64,000 nt of DNA from a virus (IMGVR_UViG_3300020020_000029:2527-66526), one strand, 5' to 3'; positions 8,986-18,101 are shown, counted from the first letter of the stretch. Numbers and translations: made by a program. The notes: generated from the sequence alone by a model not told the origin.

Positions 8986-10010
8986 AAATATTAATCACTG
9001 GTGGCACAGGCTCTATAGGCAGAGCGTTAATAGAGAGATTATTACCTCTATCTTGGGTAGAGAAATTATGTATATACAGCAGAGATGAGCACAAGCAAGA
9101 ACAAGTAAGAGAACAATTTAATGATAATGAGAAACTAAGATATTTCATAGGAGACGTTAGAGATTTTGATAGGTTGTCTCTTGCGCTAAGAAATATAAAT
9201 TTAATAATACACGCTGCCGCGCTCAAGATAGTCCCAACGGCAGAGTACAATCCATTTGAAACTATAAAAACTAATATAGTCGGCTCCCAGAATGTGTGCT
9301 TAGCTGCCATAAATAATAAAGGTATTAATTTTGGGTATATGGCAACGAACCATCCTAAAGTATTATTGCTCTCTACAGATAAAGCAGTAAGACCTATAAA
9401 CCTATATGGCGCTACTAAGCTGTGCGCAGAGAAATTATTTATTAGTTCTAATAATATACTAGGACCCGCTGGCCCTACTTTTTCAGTCGCTAGATACGGA
9501 AACGTAGCTAACTCCAATGGTTCAGTTATACAAAAATTCAAACAACAGGCCGAGAAAGGCGAGCAGCTAAAGATAACAGACGATAAAATGACTAGGTTTT
9601 GGATCACTATAAGCGAAGCTGCGGAGTTTATTATAAAATGTGCAGAACATATGCAAGGTGGAGAAACTTTTGTCCCTGCCATGCCTTCATTTAGGATTAA
9701 AGATTTAGCGCTCGTTATGATGAAAGATTACCCATTAGAGAAACAATGGGTTAGGGTAATTGGTATTCGTAAAGGTGAAAAACTTTATGAAGAGATTATT
9801 ACTCCAGAAGAATTTAGAGGGTGTGATTTTGACCAAGACAGAGGCATGTTTGTTATAAACCCGCCTAAGAGCGAAGCACACAAGAGAGATTTATCCGACC
9901 AAGCGTTGAGAATAGTAACTGATGGATTAAACAGCGACTCAGAGCCGGTTCCTAAACTAGGGCAACCAGAACTTTATGAAAAACTAAAAGACTTAGGAGT
10001 AATAGAATGA
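8982..10010 (+). CDS. pseB: UDP-GlcNAc 4,6-dehydratase (PseB/FlaA1-like)
   Basis: ITGGTGSIG, YSRDEHKQ, GDVRD, HAAALK.VP.AEYNP.E..KTN, STDKA..P.NLYGATK, RYGNV..S.GSV, MTRFWI, GIRKGEKLYEE. Confidence 0.92.
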   Translation: MKILITGGTGSIGRALIERLLPLSWVEKLCIYSRDEHKQEQVREQFNDNEKLRYFIGDVRDFDRLSLALRNINLIIHAAALKIVPTAEYNPFETIKTNIVGSQNVCLAAINNKGINFGYMATNHPKVLLLSTDKAVRPINLYGATKLCAEKLFISSNNILGPAGPTFSVARYGNVANSNGSVIQKFKQQAEKGEQLKITDDKMTRFWITISEAAEFIIKCAEHMQGGETFVPAMPSFRIKDLALVMMKDYPLEKQWVRVIGIRKGEKLYEEIITPEEFRGCDFDQDRGMFVINPPKSEAHKRDLSDQALRIVTDGLNSDSEPVPKLGQPELYEKLKDLGVIE

Positions 10011-10639
10011 ACGCTTTCAAAATAGTTAAAGATTTTGAGCAAGCTGTATGTGAGTACACTGGCGCACCTTTCTGTGTGGCTGTTAATAGCTGCACTAATG
10101 CTCTCTTTCTTTGCCTAAAATTCTATGCTAGGAGGTATGGCGGTACTGCTGTATTACTTCCCAAGAAAACCTATTTAAGCGTACCTATGCAAGTAATGCA
10201 TGTAGGGGGTAAACCTATGTTTGAGGATTTAGAATGGTCAGGCATGTATCAATTAAAGCCACTTCCTATATACGACTCAGCTAGAAGATTTACCTCTAAG
10301 ATGTATGTACATCCCATGTATAATAATGGCGGGCCGGATAGACCGCTTTTTATCTGTTTGTCTTTCCATTGGGCTAAGACATTAGGCATTCAACAAGGCG
10401 GCGCTATTTTACACAATTCTAGAGTGGACGATGATTGGTTTAGACGTATGCGCTTCGATGGTCGTACAGAAGGTGTTGCGCCTAAAGACGATAATATAAG
10501 AGAAATCGGATACCACTGTTATATGTCTCCAGAGATAGCCGCAGAAGGATTAGTTAGACTAATGCACTTACCAAAAGTAAACGAAGACTTACCAAACGAT
10601 GACTACCCCGATCTATCTCAATTGGAGGTATTTAAATGA
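10007..10639 (+). CDS. pseC: DegT/PseC-like PLP-dependent sugar aminotransferase (short, 210 aa)
   Basis: FE.......GA..CVAVNSCTNAL, DSA, LSFH..KTL..QGGA (PLP lysine), R.DG, GYHCYMS. Confidence 0.75.
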   Translation: MNAFKIVKDFEQAVCEYTGAPFCVAVNSCTNALFLCLKFYARRYGGTAVLLPKKTYLSVPMQVMHVGGKPMFEDLEWSGMYQLKPLPIYDSARRFTSKMYVHPMYNNGGPDRPLFICLSFHWAKTLGIQQGGAILHNSRVDDDWFRRMRFDGRTEGVAPKDDNIREIGYHCYMSPEIAAEGLVRLMHLPKVNEDLPNDDYPDLSQLEVFK

Positions 10640-11073
10640 AACTCAGTCGCAGGAAGGCAATAGGCGCAATGGTAGGCGGCGTAGCCGCTGCGCCAGAAGC
10701 TATAAAGGGAGCTGGCGAGACATTTAGAGAGCCTTATTATGGAGGAGAGCCGAACGAGGCAAGTAATTATTATGAGGCGAGTAAAAATAGTTCATCTCAA
10801 GTGGACCTTGACTGGTTAAGTGCTAGAAGAAAGGAATTAGAAGATCAGGCTAACGGCATATTCGATGGGGTTTGTTTGGAAAGAATTGAAGAATCAAGAT
10901 ATCATGTTAATAATCAAATAGCTCAAATCAATATAAATTCATTAGTGTCGGTATCTAATGTAAACAAGCAAAGGATGCTGGAGGAGCGGCGATTCAGGAA
11001 TGAAAGATTAAATTACATTAAGTCTGGAAAAAGGCAGTTAGCCCTTTTCTTAAAACAGCATGGGTTAGTATAG
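10636..11073 (+). CDS. Hypothetical protein with a twin-arginine-like signal
   Basis: N-terminus MKLSRRKAIGAMVGGVAAAPEA. Confidence 0.6.
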   Translation: MKLSRRKAIGAMVGGVAAAPEAIKGAGETFREPYYGGEPNEASNYYEASKNSSSQVDLDWLSARRKELEDQANGIFDGVCLERIEESRYHVNNQIAQININSLVSVSNVNKQRMLEERRFRNERLNYIKSGKRQLALFLKQHGLV

Positions 11074-12093
11074 ATGAACTTTCATCGCGAAGACGGATCG
11101 CCCTTTCCTTTTATTGTAGCCGAGCTAGGCTGCAGCCACAGTGGCGGGCTAGAGAACGCTAAAGAGCTTATACATGAAGCTAAAAGAGCTGGGGCAGACG
11201 CAGTTAAGATACAAGTATATACACCTGACGATATGACTTTAAATCTAGATACAAAAGATTTTATAGTGAAAGACGGTTTATGGAAGGGGAAGAAACTTTA
11301 TGACTTATACGAAAAAGCTCAAACGCCCTATAAGTGGGTGGGGCCTCTGTTTGACTACGCTAAATCTATAAATATACCTATATTTAGTAGTGTGTTCTCC
11401 GAGAAAGGTTTAAAACACTTAGAAAAGCATAACTGTCTTGCGTATAAAATAGCTTCTTTTGAGATAACTGATCTTTATCTAATAGAAAAAGTAGCCAAAA
11501 CAAGAAAGCCTATTATAGTATCTACTGGAATGGCTAGCGCAAAAGACATTAAAGCAGTATTAGACATCACTTATGCATCAAGTGCGCATTATCCAATATT
11601 GCTTCATTGTATAAGTGCATACCCAGCAAAACAAAGTGAGCTTAGCCTATCAAGAATACCATATTTAAAGAAGTATTTTGGTGTAGACGTCGGCTTTTCA
11701 GACCACACAGACTCAATTAATACTGGCGCGTACGCTGTTGTAGCTGGCGCGTGTATGATAGAAAAACATATTAGGCTGATAAATTCACAATCTGAAGATG
11801 ATAAATTCTCCTTAGACCCTCTCAGGTTTGAGGAGTATGTGGGGAACTGTAGAAATGCCTATGAGTCGTATTTACAGGTGCAGCCCAAGGGAGAAGAAAG
11901 CTCTAGGCAGTTTAGACGCTCTCTTTATGTAATTAAAGACATAAAGGAAGGTGAAAAGATAACAAACAAAAACGTAGCAGCTATAAGGCCCGGCTACGGC
12001 ACGTCTCCCGGCTTTCTTAGGGGCGTGCTGGGGAAGAAAGCTAAAAACGACATAAAGAAGGGAACACCATTTATAGCGGGGTTAGTAGAATGA
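11074..12093 (+). CDS. pseI: Pseudaminic acid synthase (NeuB/PseI family)
   Basis: FIVAELGCSHSG, AGADAVKIQ.YT.D, YKIASFE, STGMA, LLHCIS.YP, GFSDHT, IEKH, FRRSLY and a C-terminal AFP/SAF domain. Confidence 0.92.
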   Translation: MNFHREDGSPFPFIVAELGCSHSGGLENAKELIHEAKRAGADAVKIQVYTPDDMTLNLDTKDFIVKDGLWKGKKLYDLYEKAQTPYKWVGPLFDYAKSINIPIFSSVFSEKGLKHLEKHNCLAYKIASFEITDLYLIEKVAKTRKPIIVSTGMASAKDIKAVLDITYASSAHYPILLHCISAYPAKQSELSLSRIPYLKKYFGVDVGFSDHTDSINTGAYAVVAGACMIEKHIRLINSQSEDDKFSLDPLRFEEYVGNCRNAYESYLQVQPKGEESSRQFRRSLYVIKDIKEGEKITNKNVAAIRPGYGTSPGFLRGVLGKKAKNDIKKGTPFIAGLVE

Positions 12094-12392
12094 AAAGAGC
12101 TAAAATAGGCCGGAAAGCCAAAATCAATCCTGAAATGGCAAAGGTAGCAGAAAAAGAGAAACTTAGGAGGCTATATACAATACCCTCTCACGCAGTAAAT
12201 GGCGCTTTTATAACAGATTTATTATTCCCCAAGTCTACTCTAGTTAGATTAACCTTTGTAGAGAGCGCTATGGACCTGCAAGAGTCTTTCCCTGTGGCAG
12301 CTGTTAATATGCCTATAGAGAACTTACAACAATTATATAATCTTATGGGGGTGGTGCTTCAAAAAGCGCGAGAAAATAGGAGGTTAGATTGA
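12090..12392 (+). CDS. Hypothetical protein
   Basis: ATGA-coupled ORF within the pse operon. Confidence 0.6.
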   Translation: MKRAKIGRKAKINPEMAKVAEKEKLRRLYTIPSHAVNGAFITDLLFPKSTLVRLTFVESAMDLQESFPVAAVNMPIENLQQLYNLMGVVLQKARENRRLD

Positions 12393-12628
12393 ATAATGAC
12401 CTAGATGAGTTTGAACAGTATCTATATAAGAAATTAGCAGATTTACAAGCCTCCTATAAAAAGGCTTCTGAGCCTATTATAAAAGAGTTAATTTACTTAG
12501 AATCTTTGAAGCCGCCTAAGCCTGTAATAATTATGCTTACAGAGGAGCAACAAGAAAAAATGAAGGAAAGAATGAAGGAAAGAATAAAGGAAAGAATAAA
12601 GGAAAGAATAAATGCGATACTGCGTTAA
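12389..12628 (+). CDS. Hypothetical protein with a KER(M/I) repeat
   Basis: TTG start after GGAGG; 12-bp tandem repeat at the 3' end. Confidence 0.55.
   Translation: MNNDLDEFEQYLYKKLADLQASYKKASEPIIKELIYLESLKPPKPVIIMLTEEQQEKMKERMKERIKERIKERINAILR
12560..12607 (+). repeat. 12-bp tandem repeat ATRAAGGAAAGA x4
   Basis: atgaaggaaaga atgaaggaaaga ataaaggaaaga ataaaggaaaga; the last unit supplies the SD of the next gene. Confidence 0.9.
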
Positions 12629-13727
12629 GTGCCTTTATCCTAATACTAAGCCTGATCTTTTCTTCAATGACAAAGGTGTATGCTCTGCGTGTACAGCATT
12701 TGAAGCTCGTGAGAAAACAGATTGGGGTAAGCGAGAAAAAGAATTTGAGCTTTTGTGCGATGGTTTAATCCAAGAAGATTGGCGATACCACTGCATAGTT
12801 CCCGTTTCTGGAGGCAAAGATTCCCACTATCAAGTTATAAAGGCTAAGGAATATGGGCTTAATCCATTGGCTGTGTGCGCCGTTACTGACGATTTATCCT
12901 CTATTGGTAGAAAAAATCTTAATAATATATCTACATTATGCGATACAATCGAAATTAATCTCAATAGTGTGGTAAGGAGAAAAATAAATGCCTACACCCT
13001 CAAAGAAATTGGAGATATCAGTTGGGCTGAGCATATTACTATCTTTACTCTGCCTGTGTATATTAGCAATGCTTTTGGTATCCCTCTTATAATATGGGGT
13101 GAAAACCCTCAAAATGAGTATGGCGGGCCTTATAAATCTCAAACTACGCATAACTTAGATAATAGATGGCTTCAAGAGTACGGCGGGTTGAATGGGCTCA
13201 GAGTCTCCGATCTCATAGACCAGAAGCTATTTACCGACAAAGAACTAGCCATGTATAAGTACCCTTTGAATATCGGCCAGACCAAGGGCATTTTCTTGGG
13301 GCAGTATTTCCCTTGGCACGGCGACGAAAACGCGCGTATAGCTATGCAGCATGGGTTTAAAACATTCTATGGCCCTGTGGAAGGGATCGGTTATGACTAC
13401 GAGAACATTGATAACTACCAAACAGGTATTCATGATTATTTTAAATATCTCAAATTTGGTTTTGGTAGGTGTACTGATTTGGTTAATAACCATATTAGAC
13501 GAGGCCACATCAGTAGGGAGGAGGGTAAAGAAATTGTTATGATATATGATGGGGTATTCCCCAAGACTTATCTAGGAACAAGCCTAGAAGATATACTCTC
13601 TAAAATAAACATGAGCGTTAGTGAGTTTTTAGTAGTATGTAATAAATTCGCGAATAGGGAGTTATTTGACTGTACCTCTGGCAGACCCCCGTGGCCTCTA
13701 TTCAGGAGGAATATAAAAGATGTATAA
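12612..13727 (+). CDS. N-acetyl sugar amidotransferase (PseA/WbuX family, acetamidino-forming)
   Basis: C..C.YP.TKP...F...GVC.AC, CIVPVSGGKDS PP-loop, WGENPQNEYGGP, HDYFKYLKFGFGR, IRRG.ISREEG. Confidence 0.9.
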   Translation: MRYCVKCLYPNTKPDLFFNDKGVCSACTAFEAREKTDWGKREKEFELLCDGLIQEDWRYHCIVPVSGGKDSHYQVIKAKEYGLNPLAVCAVTDDLSSIGRKNLNNISTLCDTIEINLNSVVRRKINAYTLKEIGDISWAEHITIFTLPVYISNAFGIPLIIWGENPQNEYGGPYKSQTTHNLDNRWLQEYGGLNGLRVSDLIDQKLFTDKELAMYKYPLNIGQTKGIFLGQYFPWHGDENARIAMQHGFKTFYGPVEGIGYDYENIDNYQTGIHDYFKYLKFGFGRCTDLVNNHIRRGHISREEGKEIVMIYDGVFPKTYLGTSLEDILSKINMSVSEFLVVCNKFANRELFDCTSGRPPWPLFRRNIKDV

Positions 13728-13911
13728 GGAATTTATAACTGTAGAGATGAAATACCTGATAAAAGATACTAATATTAAACTACAAATAAGTACAGTAATT
13801 GATCCATTCGAACTTGATAAACAATTAATAGATAAAACTTTGTGTCTATTAAACACAATGTTTATGAGCATGAAAAAAGAAATAGAGAACAGATGCTCAA
13901 ATCTAGAATAA
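13720..13911 (+). CDS. Small hypothetical protein
   Basis: Overlap-coupled ORF with SD AGGAGG. Confidence 0.45.
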   Translation: MYKEFITVEMKYLIKDTNIKLQISTVIDPFELDKQLIDKTLCLLNTMFMSMKKEIENRCSNLE

Positions 13912-14591
13912 TCCCGACACTATTATGGGATGGAGTACAGTGTGTGAAGCCTGTAGCCTTTGAAAGGCCCTATCGTAAATTAGGCCCAATAGAGCAATAT
14001 ATACAAGTCATAGAGCGCCGTAACGTAGATGAATTAATTCTTATAGACATAGAGGCGACAAATGAAGGAAGAAAACCGAAATTTGAAGCTATTAACCGCT
14101 TTGCTTCTAATCTTTATTGCCCTCTTACTGTTGGTGGTGGAGTATCATCTTTGGACGACATCAAAGAATTGCTCGCTAATGGAGCAGATAAAGTTGCCAT
14201 ACGATCGATACCCGGATTAATCCCAGGGGCTGTAAAAAAATTTGGAGCACAGGCTATTGTATCTGTGATAGACTATCAAGAAGGAGATAATCCTTGGGTT
14301 ACTGCTGTGTATAATCAAAATTTAGGGGCAGGAGAAATATTATTAACTTCTATGTTTAGAGATGGAGGGTTCCTTGGATATGATCTGGATACTATTAGAC
14401 TTGTTTCAAACGCCGTTCGTATTCCTGTCATTGCTAGCGGTGGCTGTCGCTATTCTTCTGATATGTTGGCGGCGATAAGAGCAGGCGCTAGCGCTGTAGC
14501 TGCTGGAAGTATGTATTTATATACCGATATAACGCCTAGAGACTCCGCTAAACTTTTGAAAGAAAAAGGCGTGAATGTGCGCTATGAGTAA
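13893..14591 (+). CDS. HisF-like cyclase-fold protein (WbuZ type)
   Basis: RIIPTLL...VK, DELILIDI, PLTVGGGV, GADKV, GAGEILLTS..RDG...GYD, PVIASGG, AVAAGS; located beside the amidotransferase. Confidence 0.88.
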   Translation: MLKSRIIPTLLWDGVQCVKPVAFERPYRKLGPIEQYIQVIERRNVDELILIDIEATNEGRKPKFEAINRFASNLYCPLTVGGGVSSLDDIKELLANGADKVAIRSIPGLIPGAVKKFGAQAIVSVIDYQEGDNPWVTAVYNQNLGAGEILLTSMFRDGGFLGYDLDTIRLVSNAVRIPVIASGGCRYSSDMLAAIRAGASAVAAGSMYLYTDITPRDSAKLLKEKGVNVRYE

Positions 14592-15303
14592 GATAATATA
14601 TCTCAAAGACAAAAAGAAAGAAAAACCTATTAACATAGGTATAGTCATTCAAGCTCGTATGACAAGTGAGCGCTTTCCTGGAAAATCTATGGCGATCCTT
14701 CATGGAAAGCCCGTTATACAGTGGACAATGGAGCGCGCTAAGAAAATTAGAGCAGGTAAACGGTTTGTTAACCCTTCTGTGATATTAGCTGTACCTGACA
14801 CAGACGAAAGCGAGCCTATGCTCGTGCTGGCAGAAAGCTTAGGCGTGAGCAACTTCGTTGGAGATGAGCTAAATGTCCTTAAACGATATTATGACTGTGC
14901 AAGATTTTTTGGATTTGATGTTATTATGCGTCTTACTGGCGACTGTCCTTTCATTGATAGCCGTGTTTGTTCCGAAGTTCTTCAACTTCTTCTTTGGCGT
15001 AAGCTTGATTATTGTTCTAATATTTTTCCTAGACGTACATATCCCAGAGGTTTGGACTGCGAAGTTTTCACGATGGATTGTTTAGATGCAGCTTATCAGC
15101 TAGCAGAAACAGACTACGACAAAGAGCACGTTACGCCCTGGATGCAGAATACAAAAGAGCTGCTAAAAGCAAACGTGGAACAGAAAGAAGATAAATCTAG
15201 TGAAAACTGGTGCATAGATTATCCTTGGGATATATCTAGGATCGAAACAGCTATAGGTACGAGTAAGTTTAAGCTCATACTAGTAGATGGAGACAAAAAA
15301 TGA
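14584..15303 (+). CDS. pseF: Nonulosonate cytidylyltransferase (PseF/SpsF family)
   Basis: IQARMTSERFPGK, NVL.RY, MRLTGDCPFID, YP.GLDCEVF, EHVTPW, IDY..D. Confidence 0.8.
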   Translation: MSKIIYLKDKKKEKPINIGIVIQARMTSERFPGKSMAILHGKPVIQWTMERAKKIRAGKRFVNPSVILAVPDTDESEPMLVLAESLGVSNFVGDELNVLKRYYDCARFFGFDVIMRLTGDCPFIDSRVCSEVLQLLLWRKLDYCSNIFPRRTYPRGLDCEVFTMDCLDAAYQLAETDYDKEHVTPWMQNTKELLKANVEQKEDKSSENWCIDYPWDISRIETAIGTSKFKLILVDGDKK

Positions 15304-15752
15304 GAGAGTTATACTTAGACACTGAATTTAATGGGTTTAAGGGTGAATTTATCTCTATGGGCATTCACGACCCAAAAGGGGCAGATTTTTATGCAGTTAT
15401 TGATAGTCCGTATAGGCCAAACGAGTTTGTGACTAAGCATGTTTTACCTAATTTAAAGGACACTCCGATTGATTCAATTCTCTTCAGAAAAGAGCTAACA
15501 TATTACTTTAGTAGTAAATTCGATGAATGTTGTGTATACGCAGACTGGCCAGAAGATTTTACCCATTTACTGAGTTTCTTTTGTGGGCCTAAAGGTAGAA
15601 AATATATTAAGAGAATGACTTTTAAACTAATTACTACTCCAGATATTCATATATCTAAGACACCTCACAACGCTCTTGAAGATGCTATAGCATTCTATAA
15701 GAATCATCAAGAGATGCTGAAGGAAGAGAGTCAAAATGACCAAACAAGTTGA
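15300..15752 (+). CDS. DEDDh 3'-5' exonuclease-like protein
   Basis: YLDTEF, ADW.ED, HNALEDA. Confidence 0.75.
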   Translation: MRELYLDTEFNGFKGEFISMGIHDPKGADFYAVIDSPYRPNEFVTKHVLPNLKDTPIDSILFRKELTYYFSSKFDECCVYADWPEDFTHLLSFFCGPKGRKYIKRMTFKLITTPDIHISKTPHNALEDAIAFYKNHQEMLKEESQNDQTS

Positions 15753-16368
15753 GTTGTGGCGTGGACCATTTGGTGACCAATATCATGAGCGCAATAAAGC
15801 TACTGACGAAGAGATAGAGAAGAGAGTCTCTTTCTGGAAAGGCGCTCTACAGCTTATATATACAAGGTGCGATGGTGCTGTGCCTAGAAGTATCTTAGAG
15901 ATAGGCGCCGGTAATGGAGCCAACTTGTTGGCGTTGGGAAAGATATTCGGAGAAGGGTTAGGTCCTTATGAATTGTATGCTACTGAAATAAACGAAGAGG
16001 CTAAGGTTAATCTAACTACTATACCAAAGGTAACTGTACTTAATGAAATACCGACTGGTAAATCTATGGATTTAGTATTTACTTACGGTGTGTTAATACA
16101 TACTCATCCTGCACATTTACTTAGTTTACAAACTAAGATATATAACTCTTCTGCTAGATTTATTATGTGTGCAGAGTATTTTTCTCCCTGCACAAGGCCC
16201 ATAGAATACAGAGGCGAGAAAGAAGCCATGTGGGCAGATGACTTTGGGGGCCGTTGGTTGGATAGTTTTAAATTACGACTTTTAGGGTGTGTATTCTGTT
16301 GGAAGCGAACAACAGGTTTAGATAATGTTACCGTATGGGCCTTCGAGAAAATGGAGTCAATGCAGTGA
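15736..16368 (+). CDS. Pseudaminic-acid-pathway-associated SAM methyltransferase
   Basis: W.G.FGD.Y..RN, SILEIGAG.G.NL, EIN, DLVFT.GVLIH, EY....PI.YRG, DF...WLD. Confidence 0.85.
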   Translation: MTKQVELWRGPFGDQYHERNKATDEEIEKRVSFWKGALQLIYTRCDGAVPRSILEIGAGNGANLLALGKIFGEGLGPYELYATEINEEAKVNLTTIPKVTVLNEIPTGKSMDLVFTYGVLIHTHPAHLLSLQTKIYNSSARFIMCAEYFSPCTRPIEYRGEKEAMWADDFGGRWLDSFKLRLLGCVFCWKRTTGLDNVTVWAFEKMESMQ

Positions 16369-16541
16369 TAGAAGTATGGGTGCTTGTATTAAATATCTCA
16401 TATGGATCGCCACAAATACTACAAGTGCCCGGTTTTGTCTCTAATCTTGAGTGTCAAGACGCTGGAAAGAAAATAAAAGAGAGCTTCTATGCACCCCATT
16501 GGGTAAAATACACCTGTGTCAGCCAAGGAGGAATTAAGTAA
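16365..16541 (+). CDS. Small secreted or membrane protein
   Basis: GTG start, hydrophobic N-terminus, two Cys. Confidence 0.45.
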   Translation: MIEVWVLVLNISYGSPQILQVPGFVSNLECQDAGKKIKESFYAPHWVKYTCVSQGGIK

Positions 16542-17059
16542 TGCTAAATATCGCTCTTGTAGATGTCAGAAACGTGGGGGAGCCTACTAAAACTTACTAT
16601 GAGGCATTTTTATATGAGCTTCTGAAAGAGCGTAAGCCCTGGCAGAACATTTCTCATATAAGCCTACCGCCTTATGAAGAGCACGTTACGCACGTGAGAA
16701 CTTCAGACCATAAAGATTGGTTCTTGATCCAAGACATAGATACTAGGAAGTTAATAGGTAGTATTTACTTAGGCGTAGATAATAATATAGGTATACATAT
16801 TAAAGAAGAATTTTATAGAATGGGCTACGGTAGAGTAGCCATAAGAACGCTTATGGCGCATAGGCCCGAGGTAGTGCGCTTCAAAGCGCATATAGCTCCA
16901 AACAACAGCCCTTCGCTCTGTTTCTTTATTAACTTAGGGTTTAGGTACGTCAGAACAGACATAGGCCCCGACGAGGATGTAACTCAGTTTGTATACTCTA
17001 TTTTAAACCCGACTTACGACGAGGCGGCTGCGTCTGGTGAATCATCCGAACCGTCTTAA
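16541..17059 (+). CDS. GNAT N-acyltransferase (PseH-like)
   Basis: YELLKER...NISH...P.YEEH, IGSIYL, IGIHI...F...GYG, N..SL.FF..LGF. Confidence 0.75.
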   Translation: MLNIALVDVRNVGEPTKTYYEAFLYELLKERKPWQNISHISLPPYEEHVTHVRTSDHKDWFLIQDIDTRKLIGSIYLGVDNNIGIHIKEEFYRMGYGRVAIRTLMAHRPEVVRFKAHIAPNNSPSLCFFINLGFRYVRTDIGPDEDVTQFVYSILNPTYDEAAASGESSEPS

Positions 17060-17342
17060 TTACCTTTGGTCTACTATTAATAACAAGGTCTAATCTATTA
17101 GATAACTCTTGAAGACGCGAATCTTGTGCGTTCATTCTCTCGTCTTGTCTAGCAATATCTACTGTGGCATTAGAAAGAATAGTTATTTCTTGGTCCATTT
17201 TCTCTAGCGCCTTAGAGAAGGCCGACTGATGAGAATGAACAACTGCTAGCTCTGCTTTCATCTGCCAAAGGAAATACCCACCGCCAATAATCATAGTGAG
17301 TATTTGTAAGATAGTACCCATATTAATTGTCGTGTCGAACAT
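16998..17342 (-). CDS. Membrane-anchored coiled-coil lysis-cassette protein
   Basis: N-terminal TM helix followed by a coiled coil. Confidence 0.6.
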   Translation of the reverse strand: MFDTTINMGTILQILTMIIGGGYFLWQMKAELAVVHSHQSAFSKALEKMDQEITILSNATVDIARQDERMNAQDSRLQELSNRLDLVINSRPKVIKTVRMIHQTQPPRRKSGLK

Positions 17343-17649
17343 TGGTTGACGCCTTTTTTAATATAAAATTATGTATGGCCAACAGGCCACCAAGCGACGC
17401 TACAAAAACAGCGGACATTATCCAGTGTTGATTGGGGGAATAGTTGCTTAAGAACATATCCCGCATGGAAATTCCGCAAGCCAATAAATTAATAAAAATA
17501 ACTGTCCAAGCGCCAACTACCCATAGGAGTTCTATGTATCTTTGTGTTGGATTACCATTAACTGTATGTGTATGTACAACCCTGGGGGGTAAATCATTAT
17601 CGGGAATAGCGTCTCTTACTTGAAAATGTTGTCTCGGTTGTTCGTTCAT
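17323..17649 (-). CDS. Two-TM membrane protein
   Basis: Two hydrophobic segments. Confidence 0.6.
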   Translation of the reverse strand: MNEQPRQHFQVRDAIPDNDLPPRVVHTHTVNGNPTQRYIELLWVVGAWTVIFINLLACGISMRDMFLSNYSPNQHWIMSAVFVASLGGLLAIHNFILKKASTNVRHDN

Positions 17650-17909
17650 TTAAACGCTCCAGTGAGGTTATCATCGTCTTCTATTATATCACTGAATACG
17701 CCTTTATCTTCAAATATATCTTCTTTAGTTAGACCGTTACTTTCTTCTAGCTCTTGTACTACTTTATCCAATTCGTTTACTCTATCCTCCCAATCTGAAT
17801 ATTCATTCTCTAGACGCTTGAAGTGAGATATTATTTTCTTGCCTTCGGCCATTAGCTCTTTAGCAGCCTTGCGCACATCGTCCAGAGTGTCAAGCGTCTT
17901 TGCTGCCAT
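17646..17909 (-). CDS. Acidic coiled-coil hypothetical protein
   Basis: SD GAGG; first gene after the 18060-18088 promoter. Confidence 0.65.
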   Translation of the reverse strand: MAAKTLDTLDDVRKAAKELMAEGKKIISHFKRLENEYSDWEDRVNELDKVVQELEESNGLTKEDIFEDKGVFSDIIEDDDNLTGAFK

Positions 17910-18059
17910 GCCGTTTGCCGTGCCTCAGCGGGGGGGAAGGAAGGCCCGGAGCACCTGGGGAGCCATGGCCTGGGGGAAAGGCCGGGGGCGCTCGCTATCC
18001 GTCCTGCCAGGGATGCTGGGCCTTCCGAGTGGGGGATCATCACTCAGCAGAACGGAAAT

Positions 18060-18088
18060 AGTATAGCGCATAGAGCCTCCGGTGTCAA
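18060..18088 (-). promoter_or_regulatory. Near-consensus sigma70 promoter
   Basis: TTGACA-N17-TATACT on the minus strand. Confidence 0.8.
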
Positions 18089-18101
18089 GCGTTATATACA
18101 A

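Noticed and set aside
8978-9682. Long antisense ORFs (8978-9682, 24379-24882, 40750-41250, 54754-55218 and others)
   Set aside because: They are shadows of well-supported genes on the opposite strand, without SD or motifs.
13893-14591. Histidine-biosynthesis hisF as an auxiliary metabolic gene
   Set aside because: It lies beside a WbuX/PseA amidotransferase in a sugar operon with no other his genes, so it is better read as the WbuZ-type paralog.
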